From Thraustochytrium aureum (taxonomy: Eukaryota): a DNA stretch of 35,483 nt. Position 1 is the first letter of the stretch. The number at the start of each line of letters is the position of its first letter. Under the pieces are notes generated by a model. That model was not told where the DNA came from and ran no database searches. It was given only the letters and a program-made list of their open reading frames with translations. The stretch is from contig BLSG01000394.1 in NCBI GenBank assembly GCA_012862495.1, forward strand, positions 97,856-133,338, in the 5' to 3' direction. The position numbers were made by a program, and so were the translations under genes. This document shows positions 10,925 through 22,240 of this stretch, in pieces.

Positions 10925-12375
10925 NNNNNNNNNNNNNNNNNNNNNNNNNNNNNNNNNNNNNNNNNNNNNNNNNNNNNNNNNNNNNNNNNNNNNNNNNNNN
11001 NNNNNNNNNNNNNNNNNNNNNNNNNNNNNNNNNNNNNNNNNNNNNNNNNNNNNNNNNNNNNNNNNNNNNNNNNNNNNNNNNNNNNNNNNNNNNNNNNNNN
11101 NNNNNNNNNNNNNNNNNNNNNNNNNNNNNNNNNNNNNNNNNNNNNNNNNNNNNNNNNNNNNNNNNNNNNNNNNNNNNNNNNNNNNNNNNNNNNNNNNNNN
11201 NNNNNNNNNNNNNNNNNNNNNNNNNNNNNNNNNNNNNNNNNNNNNNNNNNNNNNNNNNNNNNNNNNNNNNNNNNNNNNNNNNNNNNNNNNNNNNNNNNNN
11301 NNNNNNNNNNNNNNNNNNNNNNNNNNNNNNNNNNNNNNNNNNNNNNNNNNNNNNNNNNNNNNNNNNNNNNNNNNNNNNNNNNNNNNNNNNNNNNNNNNNN
11401 NNNNNNNNNNNNNNNNNNNNNNNNNNNNNNNNNNNNNNNNNNNNNNNNNNNNNNNNNNNNNNNNNNNNNNNNGTGCCAGGGTCGGTCGCACCTTTGCGCG
11501 CTGTCGAAGAGCCCGACCAGTCCAGCTGGCAGCGGTCCGCGCGCGCGGCGCCCTCGCCGCTTGCCTGGCGCTGCTGCTTGGCCTCGAGCGCTTTGGCAGG
11601 CGTCAAGGTGCACTGACATGCTACTTACCTTCTCCTCGAGTACGCGACTCGAGAACTGGTGTTCTTCAAGACAGACTGCTCGCTCGGCGCGATGAAAGCG
11701 CGCAGAGCGTTTCACGGGGACTCCGGCACAGCGCGGACGGACGACCTCTGCGTGGCTGGGTTGACGTGAGCTGGAGAGCTCGCGAGGTAGGTGCCAAAGA
11801 CTCTGGAGAAATCGAGGAGGTTCATCGCTGCGAGAACCTCATGGCGCCGACAAGCCAAACGATCGCAATCGCTACCTAGGTACTGCTCCGACGCGCGGGC
11901 CACGGCTGTGCAAATACAGGTGCAGCAACTTCGAGGCCGTTCAGAGTTGCGATTCGCTTGCAGGCCGAACGAACCATGCGAAAGCAGCCCCCACCCAACT
12001 GGCTTGGGCGAAGCAGGCGCCATGAGCGCCACGGCCGATCGATTCGCTCTGCGCTCAGTCGGCCCTGCCGTCGCCGCGAGGTCGATCTGGCCCTGTGGCA
12101 CCAAGCAGGCTCCTCGTTGGTGGCTCGGGCAGACTTCTCACAGGGCGCACTTCCGGCACGCTTTTGTACTCTCGAGCAACCAGAACAGAATTCAGAAAGA
12201 CAAAACTTGCGTCCGAGGCGGCACAATCATCATCTGTCAGTGTCCAAGTCAACGGCAGCGCGCTCGCCTCGGCGCGACACGGCTCAAAAGCGCACCGTTC
12301 GCGGCTCTGGCACTAGGCTCAGGTCGCTGGCGCGCTCGCGCGCGTGGCTGCCGTCTGCCGCACCGGCGGGCCGGG

Positions 12376-13481
12376 ATGGAGCCCTCGGACGGGGAGCGCA
12401 AGGTGCTGCTGCTGTACGTGGGCGGCACCATGGGCATGCTCGAGGACGAGCAAGGCTCGCTGGTGCCGACGCCAGGGTACCTGACTGGCGTTCTGCGGGC
12501 GATGCCAGAGCTGGAGGAGGCCGACATGCCCCACGTCGACGTGGTCGAGTACGAGAATCTCGTGGATAGCTCGGACATGGACGCCAGCGATTGGGCCAAG
12601 ATCGCGAGCGACGTGGAGAAGGGCTACTTTTCCTACGACGGCTTTGTCGTCCTGCAAGGAACAGACACAATGGCATACACCGCGAGCGCGCTGTCGTTCA
12701 TGCTCGAAAACCTGGGCAAGCCGGTCGTGGTGACAGGGTCGATGATTCCGCTCGCCAAGGGGTACAGCGACGCTCGGCGCAACCTGCTGATCTCCGTTTT
12801 CATCGCAGGCAACTCGTGCATCCCGGAGGTGTGCATCTTCTTTCACGACAAGCTGATGCGTGGCAACCGCACGAAAAAGATCAGCACCGGGACGCTCGAC
12901 GCGTTCTACTCGCCAAACCACCCGCCCCTCGCCTCCGTCGGCGTTTCCATCCAGTACCACGACACTCTCCACCGCGGGCCGCCGCGCAAGCCGTTCAAGA
13001 CGCACCTGCAGATGGAGCGTGGCGTCGTGGCGCTTCGCCTCATCCCGGGCTTTGACGACCAAATTTTTCGATCCTCAAGGACGTGGATTCACTCAAGGCC
13101 GTGATCGTAGAGCTCTATGGCACGGGCAACGCGCCGAGCCGCAAGATGGGTCTCGTCACGGCCCTGCACAACCTTATTGAGGCGGGCAAGCTGGTGGTGG
13201 TTGTCTCGCAATGCCCGACGGGCCACGTCGCCTTGCACGCGTACGCGGTGGGCCGGCGCTTGGCCGAGATCGGCTGCGTCTCCGCGGAGGACATGACGGT
13301 CGAGGCGGTGGCCACCAAGCTCAGCTACCTTTTCGGCCGTGGCCTGAGCGCCGAGCAGGTCAAGGCCATGATGGCTGTGGACTTGAGGGGCGAGTTGACC
13401 TACAGGTCCCCAAACTCGTTGGGGGACCGCCTTAGGATGGCGGGCGTGAGCGCGGGACGGCCGTTTGTGGCCAAGATTTAG
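12376..13481 (+). CDS. ansA: Type I (cytosolic, AnsA-like) L-asparaginase without ankyrin repeats; frameshift near 13066
   Basis: YVGGTMGM, DSSDM, GFVVLQGTDTMAYTASALSFML, RGNRTKK and FYSPN; after adding one T to the T-run: YGTGNAP, VVSQC, DMTVEAVATKLSYL, DLRGELT. Confidence 0.95.
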
Positions 13482-13762
13482 TCTCATCGAGTTGACGTTG
13501 GCTCGTCGGATTTACCTTGCCTCTGGCGCCAAGAAAAGCGGGAGGGGGGCGGGGCGACCAAACGAGGCGGTGATGCAGCGCCCGGCGCGAGGCGGCAGGG
13601 CGAGTTCGCTGAGCTGGACGAAAGCGAGCAATTCAAAAGATAGGTTGACAATCACTTGTTTCCAAGCGCCTCATAAAAACGACGTTCTCGATGAGCCGCA
13701 CAAGCTCGTTTCGAAGACGACGTCCTCAGTGAGCCGCGCTCGCCGTTTCAAAAACACCGTCC

Positions 13763-15380
13763 TCAGTGCGCCGCGCCTTCCGAGGAGGGGGCCGCCCCTG
13801 GGTTGTAGTTTTGCATCAGATTGCGCAAGAGCTGGCCCAGGTAGTAGGCAAACCGGGGGTTGATGGAGCCGTCCGGGTTCAAGATGCGGTTCCAGTCCTC
13901 GATCTCCCTCTGCTCGGAGAATTCTTGCGGTGTGCTAGTAATCACCGTCGTCTTTGTCACAGTTCGACGCTCCGGCTCCGAGCCCTCGTCGCAATCAAGA
14001 AGCTCTTCCTCCTCGTACACGATGGCGCCGTGCATGACCGGCGAGCTGATCCGCGTGGCGTCGTCCGACTTTGAGGCCCCCGCGAGAAGCGTCGTGGAGG
14101 TGCGCGTGAGAATGTCGCAGTCCACCTCGCCGAGGACCCAGGTCTTGTCCTTCTTGCCCCTTGGACCCGACTGGCCTGCCGCGCTTGCGTGGGGCCTCGC
14201 CGGGCGCCGCGTTCGCGCCCGAGGTTGGCGTGTCTTTTTCTTTTCCTCGCCAGNNNNNNNNNNNNNNNNNNNNNNNNNNNNNNNNNNNNNNNNNNNNNNN
14301 NNNNNNNNNNNNNNNNNNNNNNNNNNNNNNNNNNNNNNNNNNNNNNNNNNNNNNNNNNNNNNNNNNNNNNNNNNNNNNNNNNNNNNNNNNNNNNNNNNNN
14401 NNNNNNNNNNNNNNNNNNNNNNNNNNNNNNNNNNNNNNNNNNNNNNNNNNNNNNNNNNNNNNNNNNNNNNNNNNNNNNNNNNNNNNNNNNNNNNNNNNNN
14501 NNNNNNNNNNNNNNNNNNNNTCCATCTTGAGAAACGCGTTGTCGGTCAGCAGGGCCGGGAGCGCGGCTTTGCGCCACGCGCCGCGCTGGCTGTCTGCGAC
14601 GAGGCCCAAGAAAATCGTGTTGGCTTGCTCGGCGCCCTTCTTGTAAATTTTTGCCTTGGCCGTCTTTTCGCTCGGGGTGCAGTTGACCATGCGCTGAAAC
14701 GAGGCCATGAACTTGTGGTGGATCATCATCTGCTCCTTTAGAAGCTCGTTCTCGTACATGTCTTCCAGTGACGCGTTGCCGAGCTCGGTCTTGACCTTCT
14801 CCTCGAGCGACTCGATGCGCTTGATGAAATCGACTCGCTCCGAGAGCAACCGCTCGTTCTCGTTGCGCAGCGACATGAGCTCGCGCTTTCGCCGCTGCCG
14901 AGCTTGCCGCGAGGCGAGCGCCACTTTGCGCCGCTTTACAGGCGCCTGCGACCCGTTCTCGTTCTCGGTGCCGCACCCGGACCCGTCCTCGTCGTCGAAG
15001 TCGTCGTCCCAGTCAATGCCCTCGTTCCAAAACTCGTCCTTCACGAACACGCCGCTTTGGCCATCCGTCGAGCTGTACGCGCTGTGGGAGCTTGCGGCGG
15101 TCAGGGCCGACCGAACAGTCGCTGGCGCGGCCACTGCGTCGCCGTCCACGCCTTGCGCGAGGGTCAGCGCGTCGCCTTTGAACGCGAACGGCGCGGCGTT
15201 GAGTCCGTGCGGGCTGCTCCCGGCCGAGTCGGTGTCAAACCCATTCGCGCTCCCATACCGAGGCGCCGCGGCCAGTACCGGTTGCGCTTGCGCGTCCACG
15301 GCCTCGTAGCCGGCCGCAAACCCGCCGTGTCCGCTGTCCAGCTCGTCGCCTTGCGGCGCCCAAAACCCCTCGTACGCCAT
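13763..15380 (-). CDS. Atypical bZIP transcription factor with a long C-terminal region and a probable AT-hook; N gap inside; probable frameshift near 14158
   Basis: Basic region plus heptads: KRRKVALASRQARQRRKRELMSLRNENERLLSERVDFIKRIESLEEKV. An acidic segment precedes it. ATG at 15380 (MAYEGFW). Joining across the gap is inferred. Confidence 0.8.
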
Positions 15381-16141
15381 GGCCAGCGCCACGGCACGCT
15401 GCTCCAACTCCCTGGCTGCTGCTGCTGCTGCTGCTGCTGCTTCCTTCGCCTTCGGACTCTGCTGCTGCTGCTCCGCCGCCGGCCGCCGCTGCTTCGCGAC
15501 TGACGCGCGCCTGCTGCGTCCTCTCACACCGCCTGCCGGTTTGTGCACTGCCTTCACGAGCGTCACATAATGGGTACCCGTGACGTGTTGAGACGGAGCG
15601 GTGCGCGGAAGGCCGAGGGCCCCGCGACGCGCGGCTGGCTAGCCCGAAACCTCGTCACCGGGCGGCACCAAAGTGACTCGAAGCGCTTGTGATTCTCCGT
15701 GACTTGGGCGGAGCTGTGATGCCTCCGTGGCGCGCAAAATGAATTCAAGTTCCCTTCTCTTGCTCTCTCTCTCGTTCTTGTGCCGCGTGCACAACGCCAA
15801 TCGCCAACGAGCTCATCTGATGGTCTGATGGTAGCTACTTAGCTCGAGCTACCTCGGTTCGGTAGTAGAAGCCCAATAGGCTACTCACCATCCAAGGTGG
15901 CCTCCGGTCGCTTCGTCAGGTCACCGAGGTGCTTGCCAGTGCATGCAGCATCAACAATCGATCCCTCATCATCAGGCGCAGGGCGAAAAATGGCCCGTGA
16001 AAGTCCCGCGCAAGGACCGGAATGACCGAACGGAAGAAGGATTCGTCGCCGAGCGTGATCATTGATCGTTGGAGATCGCTGATGATTGTTGATGATGATG
16101 ATCAGAACAGAAGAAGAATGCAGAATCACGACTGGGCGATC

Positions 16142-17188
16142 ATGGAGCCCCCACCGGCGCTGCACGACAGACACCTCGTGGAGCCCGGCGCCGAGATGGA
16201 GGCGAGTGGAACGCAGCCCGAGCCTCTCGAGTCGTGCGCGGACATGCTCAAAGTCCGCGCACTGCAGCTCAGCGCGCTGAGCTCGGTCGGGACGACGCTC
16301 GCGGTGAACGCGGTGAGCGATGGGGGGCGCTCTCCGGGCTGGGGCGCCCACGAGCTGGACGAGGTGCAGCTGCTGAACGCCGGCCAGGGCCGAGCACGCG
16401 TCACAGCGGTTTGGGATGTGTTCACCTCTGTGTTGCTGACGACGCTCGTGCTCGCGGGCTCGGGCGGCCTCTCGGCGCGCAAGGCGGTCTGGGCCACGCG
16501 AACGNNNNNNNNNNNNNNNNNNNNNNNNNNNNNNNNNNNNNNNNNNNNNNNNNNNNNNNNNNNNNNNNNNNNNNNNNNNNNNNNNNNNNNNNNNNNNNNN
16601 NNNNNNNNNNNNNNNNNNNNNNNNNNNNNNNNNNNNNNNNNNNNNNNNNNNNNNNNNNNNNNNNNNNNNNNNNNNNNNNNNNNNNNNNNNNNNNNNNNNN
16701 NNNNNNNNNNNNNNNNNNNNNNNNNNNNNNNNNNNNNNNNNNNNNNNNGCGTCTGTTGCCGGCCGTGCCTGCGAGCGTGCGGCGCGAGCGATCACTCTGT
16801 CGGCGCTTGCGGCCTCACGCCGCCGCTCTCGGGGGACGGGTCCAATGTGTGTTGCCCGACCATGCGCATTAGGCGACCGTGGGTGCGTGGGCTCGCGAGC
16901 GCTGCCGTGTTGGCGCCAGCGGCGACAGTGCTGTTTTGGCTGCTCGCATCGCTCGCGTCGGTCGAAGCCTTTGCGGGGAGCTCGTGGACGATAGGCAAGA
17001 GCCTCGCTGTGGCCGCTTACGGCGGGTTGGTCTTTTCGGCGAGCTGGCACGCGGAGATCTCGATTGCCAATCGGGACATGGTGGCTCTCCAGCAGGGCGG
17101 CGCCGTGCCAGAGCACGCACGCCCCGCAAGATCCTCGAGCGACTCGACGAGTTCGGATGAGGGGCTTTCGGCGAGCTTGCTGGTGTAG
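16142..17188 (+). CDS. Hypothetical multi-pass membrane protein (N gap inside)
   Basis: About four hydrophobic segments (LSALSSVGTTLAVNAV; VWDVFTSVLLTTLVLAG; LASAAVLAPAATVLFWLLA; SLAVAAYGGLVFSA) in the same frame on both sides of the gap; start codon uncertain. Confidence 0.6.
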   Translation: MEPPPALHDRHLVEPGAEMEASGTQPEPLESCADMLKVRALQLSALSSVGTTLAVNAVSDGGRSPGWGAHELDEVQLLNAGQGRARVTAVWDVFTSVLLTTLVLAGSGGLSARKAVWATRTXXXXXXXXXXXXXXXXXXXXXXXXXXXXXXXXXXXXXXXXXXXXXXXXXXXXXXXXXXXXXXXXXXXXXXXXXXXXXXXXXXVCCRPCLRACGASDHSVGACGLTPPLSGDGSNVCCPTMRIRRPWVRGLASAAVLAPAATVLFWLLASLASVEAFAGSSWTIGKSLAVAAYGGLVFSASWHAEISIANRDMVALQQGGAVPEHARPARSSSDSTSSDEGLSASLLV

Positions 17189-18124
17189 CATGCTTTGTAT
17201 TCTCGAATGGTGATGGCAAAAACAGGGCACCTTCCACAGGCGCCTTGCTCGCTGATGTCACTTGCAGGGTGCCCGCGTGCGCCTGCCTTGCACGCCTCGC
17301 CGCTAGCGATCTGCGAGCGCAGACAGCATCTTGCGCGTTTGCCAGTGTCGATTTCAGCGACTCTCTGCACCGCGCCATCCAACCTGCACTCGGCAGAGGT
17401 ACCCGCCAAAAACTTCCAATCCTTGACCTCGCAGCGCAGCGCTTATCGTTACGCTCCCCTACTGGCTCAATATCTTCTCCCTGGAGCTGCTCGAGAGATA
17501 GCCAGCAAGGACTTGAAGGCATGATCGGTGGCGGGCGGGCGCCAAGGATGCACCACAAGCTTCCGAGTTCTGTTCTGTTCTGTCCGCTGCTGCCGCCACT
17601 TTAAGAGCGGGGCGCCCGAATGAAGCGGGGCCGAAGAGACGCGGTGCCTCGCGTCGCTCAATGCTCGAGGCGCGGGCGATCCGCATTGCTCGAGGCGCGG
17701 ACCACGGTTGCACCAAACGCCAAATCGCACCGTGCTTTGCCCGAGGTGCGGTGGCGACGAGGACGCGCAGCCTGCATCGCGCAAACTAGGGGGCCCAGCC
17801 CGCTCGCGTTTTGGCATTCGCTTTAGCGGGCGCTCGCAAGAGAGCCGGGTGAGGAAATCGCGGAATGTGCGGCTGCGCGTTGCGTTCCCGGATTCAGCGT
17901 CAGATAGCCTGCGACATGCCACAACTCCTTCGCGGACGGATTTGCACGCTGCTGACGCAAGCGCTTGGACGGGTGGCCATCGTGCAATCGGCGCCGCTGT
18001 CTCGTGTAAAAACCATCCGCTGGCCGTTGCGTGAATGGTCCAGGGTGGTTGGTTTGTGATCCTTCTTTTTCGTCTCGGCAGTCTGAAGTTGCAGCTCCGT
18101 TCAGACTCAAAACCGAATGCCAAC

Positions 18125-18894
18125 ATGCAGCCGCCACCGCAACAGCTCGGGAAGCTACTGCATCACCAGCGCTGGAACCAGCGGGAGGAGGTGCTCCCGG
18201 AGGTGGGGGTGGAGGAGGTACCACTGGAGCACCAGCACCAGCACTTTTACCGCTTAGAGCAGGCGGCCGCTTGCACGGCGCACGAGCAAGCAAGGAGCGC
18301 AGCAGACCCCTTAGCGATGGAGTCGCGCTTGACTGGCGTTGAGCGCGATTGGATGGCACTGCACCATGACAGCGTCGACCAAGGCAGCAGAAACGAGAAT
18401 AGCTGGGACGGAGGGCGACTCAAGCGTAGGGCTTCGAGCGCCTCGCTCGCGCGGCTCGAGCTGCATTACGACGGCGGGTCTACTGCTGAAGCGCGCAGCG
18501 TAAAGCGAACGCGCGAGAGGGCCCGCCGGCAGGACTTTCAAGCGTGCTTTCACCGCCTGGAGGCGCTGTTCGCGCACGCGCCTCGGCGCGAGCGCCTCAC
18601 CAAGCTGGACACCATCCGGCTCGCGATCCAAGAGATCGAGGAGCTCCGCGCACAGCTAGCGCGCATCGTGCCGCCGCGCGAGCAGGCCCCTGGCGCCCTC
18701 GGGCACTGGGCAGCATTCTCGGCCGTCCCCCAACAGGAAAGTCCCTCCACACCTTGGGCTCGACGCCATGCGGGGCCGAGCTCGCCTGTGCCCCACCAAC
18801 AAGGACCTTCTTCCCGCGACGACGGCTTCCAGGCGTCGCGAGGCGAGCCTCAGAGCCGCAAAGCCGCCAGCCAGGCGGACTCGTGGAGCACTCG
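18125..18894 (+). CDS. bHLH transcription factor (3' end in the N gap)
   Basis: KRTRERARRQDFQACFHRLEALF...RLTKLDTIRLAIQEIEELRAQL gives the E-R-x-R-R basic region, helix 1 and the K-x-x-x-I-x-x-A-I helix 2; Q/H/P-rich N-terminus. Confidence 0.85.
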
Positions 18895-19792
18895 NNNNNN
18901 NNNNNNNNNNNNNNNNNNNNNNNNNNNNNNNNNNNNNNNNNNNNNNNNNNNNNNNNNNNNNNNNNNNNNNNNNNNNNNNNNNNNNNNNNNNNNNNNNNNN
19001 NNNNNNNNNNNNNNNNNNNNNNNNNNNNNNNNNNNNNNNNNNNNNNNNNNNNNNNNNNNNNNNNNNNNNNNNNNNNNNNNNNNNNNNNNNNNNNNNNNNN
19101 NNNNNNNNNNNNNNNNNNNNNNNNNNNNNNNNNNNNNNNNNNNNNNNNNNNNNNNNNNNNNNNNNNNNNNNNNNNNNNNNNNNNNNNNNNNNNNNNNNNN
19201 NNNNNNNNNNNNNNNNNNNNNNNNNNNNNNNNNNNNNNNNNNNNNNNNNNNNNNNNNNNNNNNNNNNNNNNNNNNNNNNNNNNNNNNNNNNNNNNNNNNN
19301 NNNNNNNNNNNNNNNNNNNNNNNNNNNNNNNNNNNNNNNNNNNNNNNNNNNNNNNNNNNNNNNNNNNNNNNNNNNNNNNNNNNNNNNNNNNNNNNNNNNN
19401 NNNNNNNNNNNNNNNNNNNNNNNNNNNNNNNNNNNNNNNNNNNNNNNNNNNNNNNNNNNNNNNNNNNNNNNNNNNNNNNNNNNNNNNNNNNNNNNNNNNN
19501 NNNNNNNNNNNNNNNNNNNNNNNNNNNNNNNNNNNNNNNNNNNNNNNNNNNNNNNNNNNNNNNNNNNNNNNNNNNNNNNNNNNNNNNNNNNNNNNNNNNN
19601 NNNNNNNNNNGAGCGAGGAAGGCCTGAGCGTCGAAACATGAAGACCGACGCGCTGACGTACCGACACTTTGGCCTGTAGTTACGCCACGTAAGGATTTGT
19701 GCGGCAGATGTCCGTCCGAGCAGCGAGCGCCTCGCGCAGCAGACCTGCAATCGCCGCCAGCGACAGCCGCAGCAGACCAGCGCCAGCTGCAC

Positions 19793-19831
19793 CAGAAGAA
19801 GAAGAAGAAGAAGAAGGAGGAGGAGGAGGAG
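19793..19831. repeat. (GAA)n(GAG)n purine microsatellite upstream of chorismate synthase
   Basis: Read directly from the sequence. Confidence 0.85.
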
Positions 19832-19934
19832 AAAGGATTGGCCCCGCGGAGCAGTCGTCTCGAGTTGTTGCCGTCGCCCGAGCGTACTTTTGTCGCCGAG
19901 GCGCAAGACTCTCGAGCACGCAAACGACGACAGG

Positions 19935-21415
19935 ATGAGCACCTGGGGACGCGCGTTTCGCGTGACGACGTTTGGCGAGTCGCACTGCCTGACGGTGGGA
20001 TGCGTCATCGATGGGTGCCCGTCCAAGATGCGGCTGAGTGAGGCAGATATCCAGCCGCAGCTGACCAGGCGGCGCCCTGGGCAGAGCAAGCTCACGACCC
20101 CTCGCGACGAAAAGGACCTCGTTACCATCCGGTCCGGCACCGAGTGCGGGTGGACGCTGGGCACGCCTATCGCGCTGACGGTGGAAAACCTCAACGTAAG
20201 GCCAGGGGATTACAAGGAGATGAGCAAGACGCCCCGGCCGGGGCACGCCGACTTTACGTACCAGATGAAATACGGGATCCGCGCCACGTCTGGCGGCGGC
20301 CGCGCCTCCGCTCGCGAGACGATCGGCCGTGTTGCTGCGGGCGCAGTGGCCGAAAAGTGGCTGCGCGAGACGTACGGGACGGAAATCGTCGCCTTTGTTT
20401 CCTCCATTGGAGACGTGTCGCTCCCGGACGCGGGCCTCAAGCACGGCAGTGGGCGCCCCTGGACGCGGCAAGAGGTGGACGACGAGGGCCGGCTGCAGAT
20501 GCTGCGCGACGTTTCGAGCGGGTGGAAGCTGTTGAGCGAGGCTGACGTCCCGGACGCCGCCGAGCGGGCCAAGCAACAGGCGGCGCTCGACGAGAAGGAC
20601 GACGCCGCCTTCGTGGAGGCGACCAAGGCAGGCGACAAGAGCACGCCTGCCTACCTGAGCTTTCATGGCGGGGTGTACAACCGCGACGGCGAGTTGCTCG
20701 AGTCGATGTCGCGTGCCGACGTGGAGGACCGCGTAACACCAGAGCTCGTTCACGTCCGCTGCCCGCACGCCGCCACGGCCTGCAAGATGGCAACGCTGAT
20801 CCGGACAGTCAAGAGCGAGCACGACTCGATCGGCGGGACTGTGGCCTGCGTGGTAAGCGGGGTGCCGACGGGCTTGGGCGAGCCCTGCTTTGACAAGCTC
20901 GAGGCCATGCTGGCTCACGCCATGCTCAGCCTGCCGGCCACCAAGGGCTTTGAGATCGGATCGGGGTTCGCCGGAACCAAGATGCGCGGATCGCAGCACA
21001 ACGACCCGTTCGAAGCCGCCGACCAATCGCACAAGGACCGCACCTCAAGCCCAAGACGAACAACGCGGGCGGCATCCTGGGCGGCATCTCGTCCGGCGCC
21101 GACATCCTCTTCAAGGTCGCTGTGAAGCCGGTTTCGACGATCGGCCAGGCGCAGCAGACCTACGACTTCGAGGGCAACCCCACCGTGCTCGAGGCCAAGG
21201 GCCGCCATGACCCCTGTGTCCTGCCGCGGACCTCGCCGCTCGTCGAGGCCATGGCGTCGCTGACGTTGATTGATGCGGCGCTGCTGCAGCGGATGCGTGT
21301 AGACTCCATGGGTGCTTCCACGATCCCGTCCTCTGCGGCGGTGGTGGAGGCCGACCCCGATGCCAGCGCGCGGGCGGTTGCTGAGCGCGAGGCGAAGCGG
21401 CACAAGTCCGGCTGA
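19935..21415 (+). CDS. aroC: Chorismate synthase with an internal insertion; frameshift near 21036
   Basis: [85 protein letters not shown] and [10 protein letters not shown]. Confidence 0.97.
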
Positions 21416-22240
21416 GCTAATCCAATAGAAAGAAAAGTATCGAAAACGGGCGGGCTCTTTCGTGCTTCCGTCCCTGTCTTGCAAGGCAACGAAAGGAAAG
21501 TTAGGTACTCGTTCTCGGCCTGGTGCGGCGCGCGCGCGCGCGCCGAGCGAGCGAGGAGCGAGCGGGTTCGTTTCTTGCGGCTTTGCCGAGATTCTGCCGC
21601 AGAGCCACCTTCGTGCCCAAGGACGCGCTTCGCGCTCGTCTGCGGCAAAGTCGCTGCAGGGAGCCTGCCGTCGGAGCTGCCGCAAACGATCCACAGCACG
21701 CTCGCCATCCAAAGCCAGCGGGTTGGTCGTGGCCTGCCCGAAACCAAGGAGGAAACCGATTCCAGCTCCTCCAGACGCCAGACTTCCCACCACAATGAGT
21801 TAGTTTGCTCCACAATGCACGAATTGCACGAATGCACAAAGCTCCAGCGCAGCGTTGGGGCCGATCGCAGCCTGCCGGCTTTCCCGACAGTGGCGGCTCC
21901 CGGCCGCGTACACGATGTTCTCGACAGCCCATTCCCGGCACTGCGTTGCAGCCCCCCACACGTGAACAACACAAGTCAAACGAACGAACACCAGACCACA
22001 TTCCAGCCAGCCAGCCAGCCCAGCCAGCCGGCGGCCAGCCAACGCGAGCTGCTCTAGGGCTTGCTCGCGACCAGGAGCCACAGCGGCAGTCGGGCAGCGT
22101 GCGGCCTTGCGGCGGAGCAGGCTCGGCGGCGGAGTCGGAGCAGCGTTTTGGGGATCGCGCGAGGGCGCGACTCGGCGTGAGCACGCAGGCTTGCTAGTCG
22201 GAGCAGCGTTGCAGAGAGGCAGCGGGTAGCGAGGCAGAAG

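Noticed and set aside
16057..16118. GAT/TGATGA-rich tract as a C/D snoRNA
   Set aside because: It is a low-complexity (GAT)n leader with no terminal stem or properly placed D box.
20481..20750. Intein or retained intron in chorismate synthase
   Set aside because: There are no intein terminal residues and no matching donor/branch/acceptor set like the other introns in this window.
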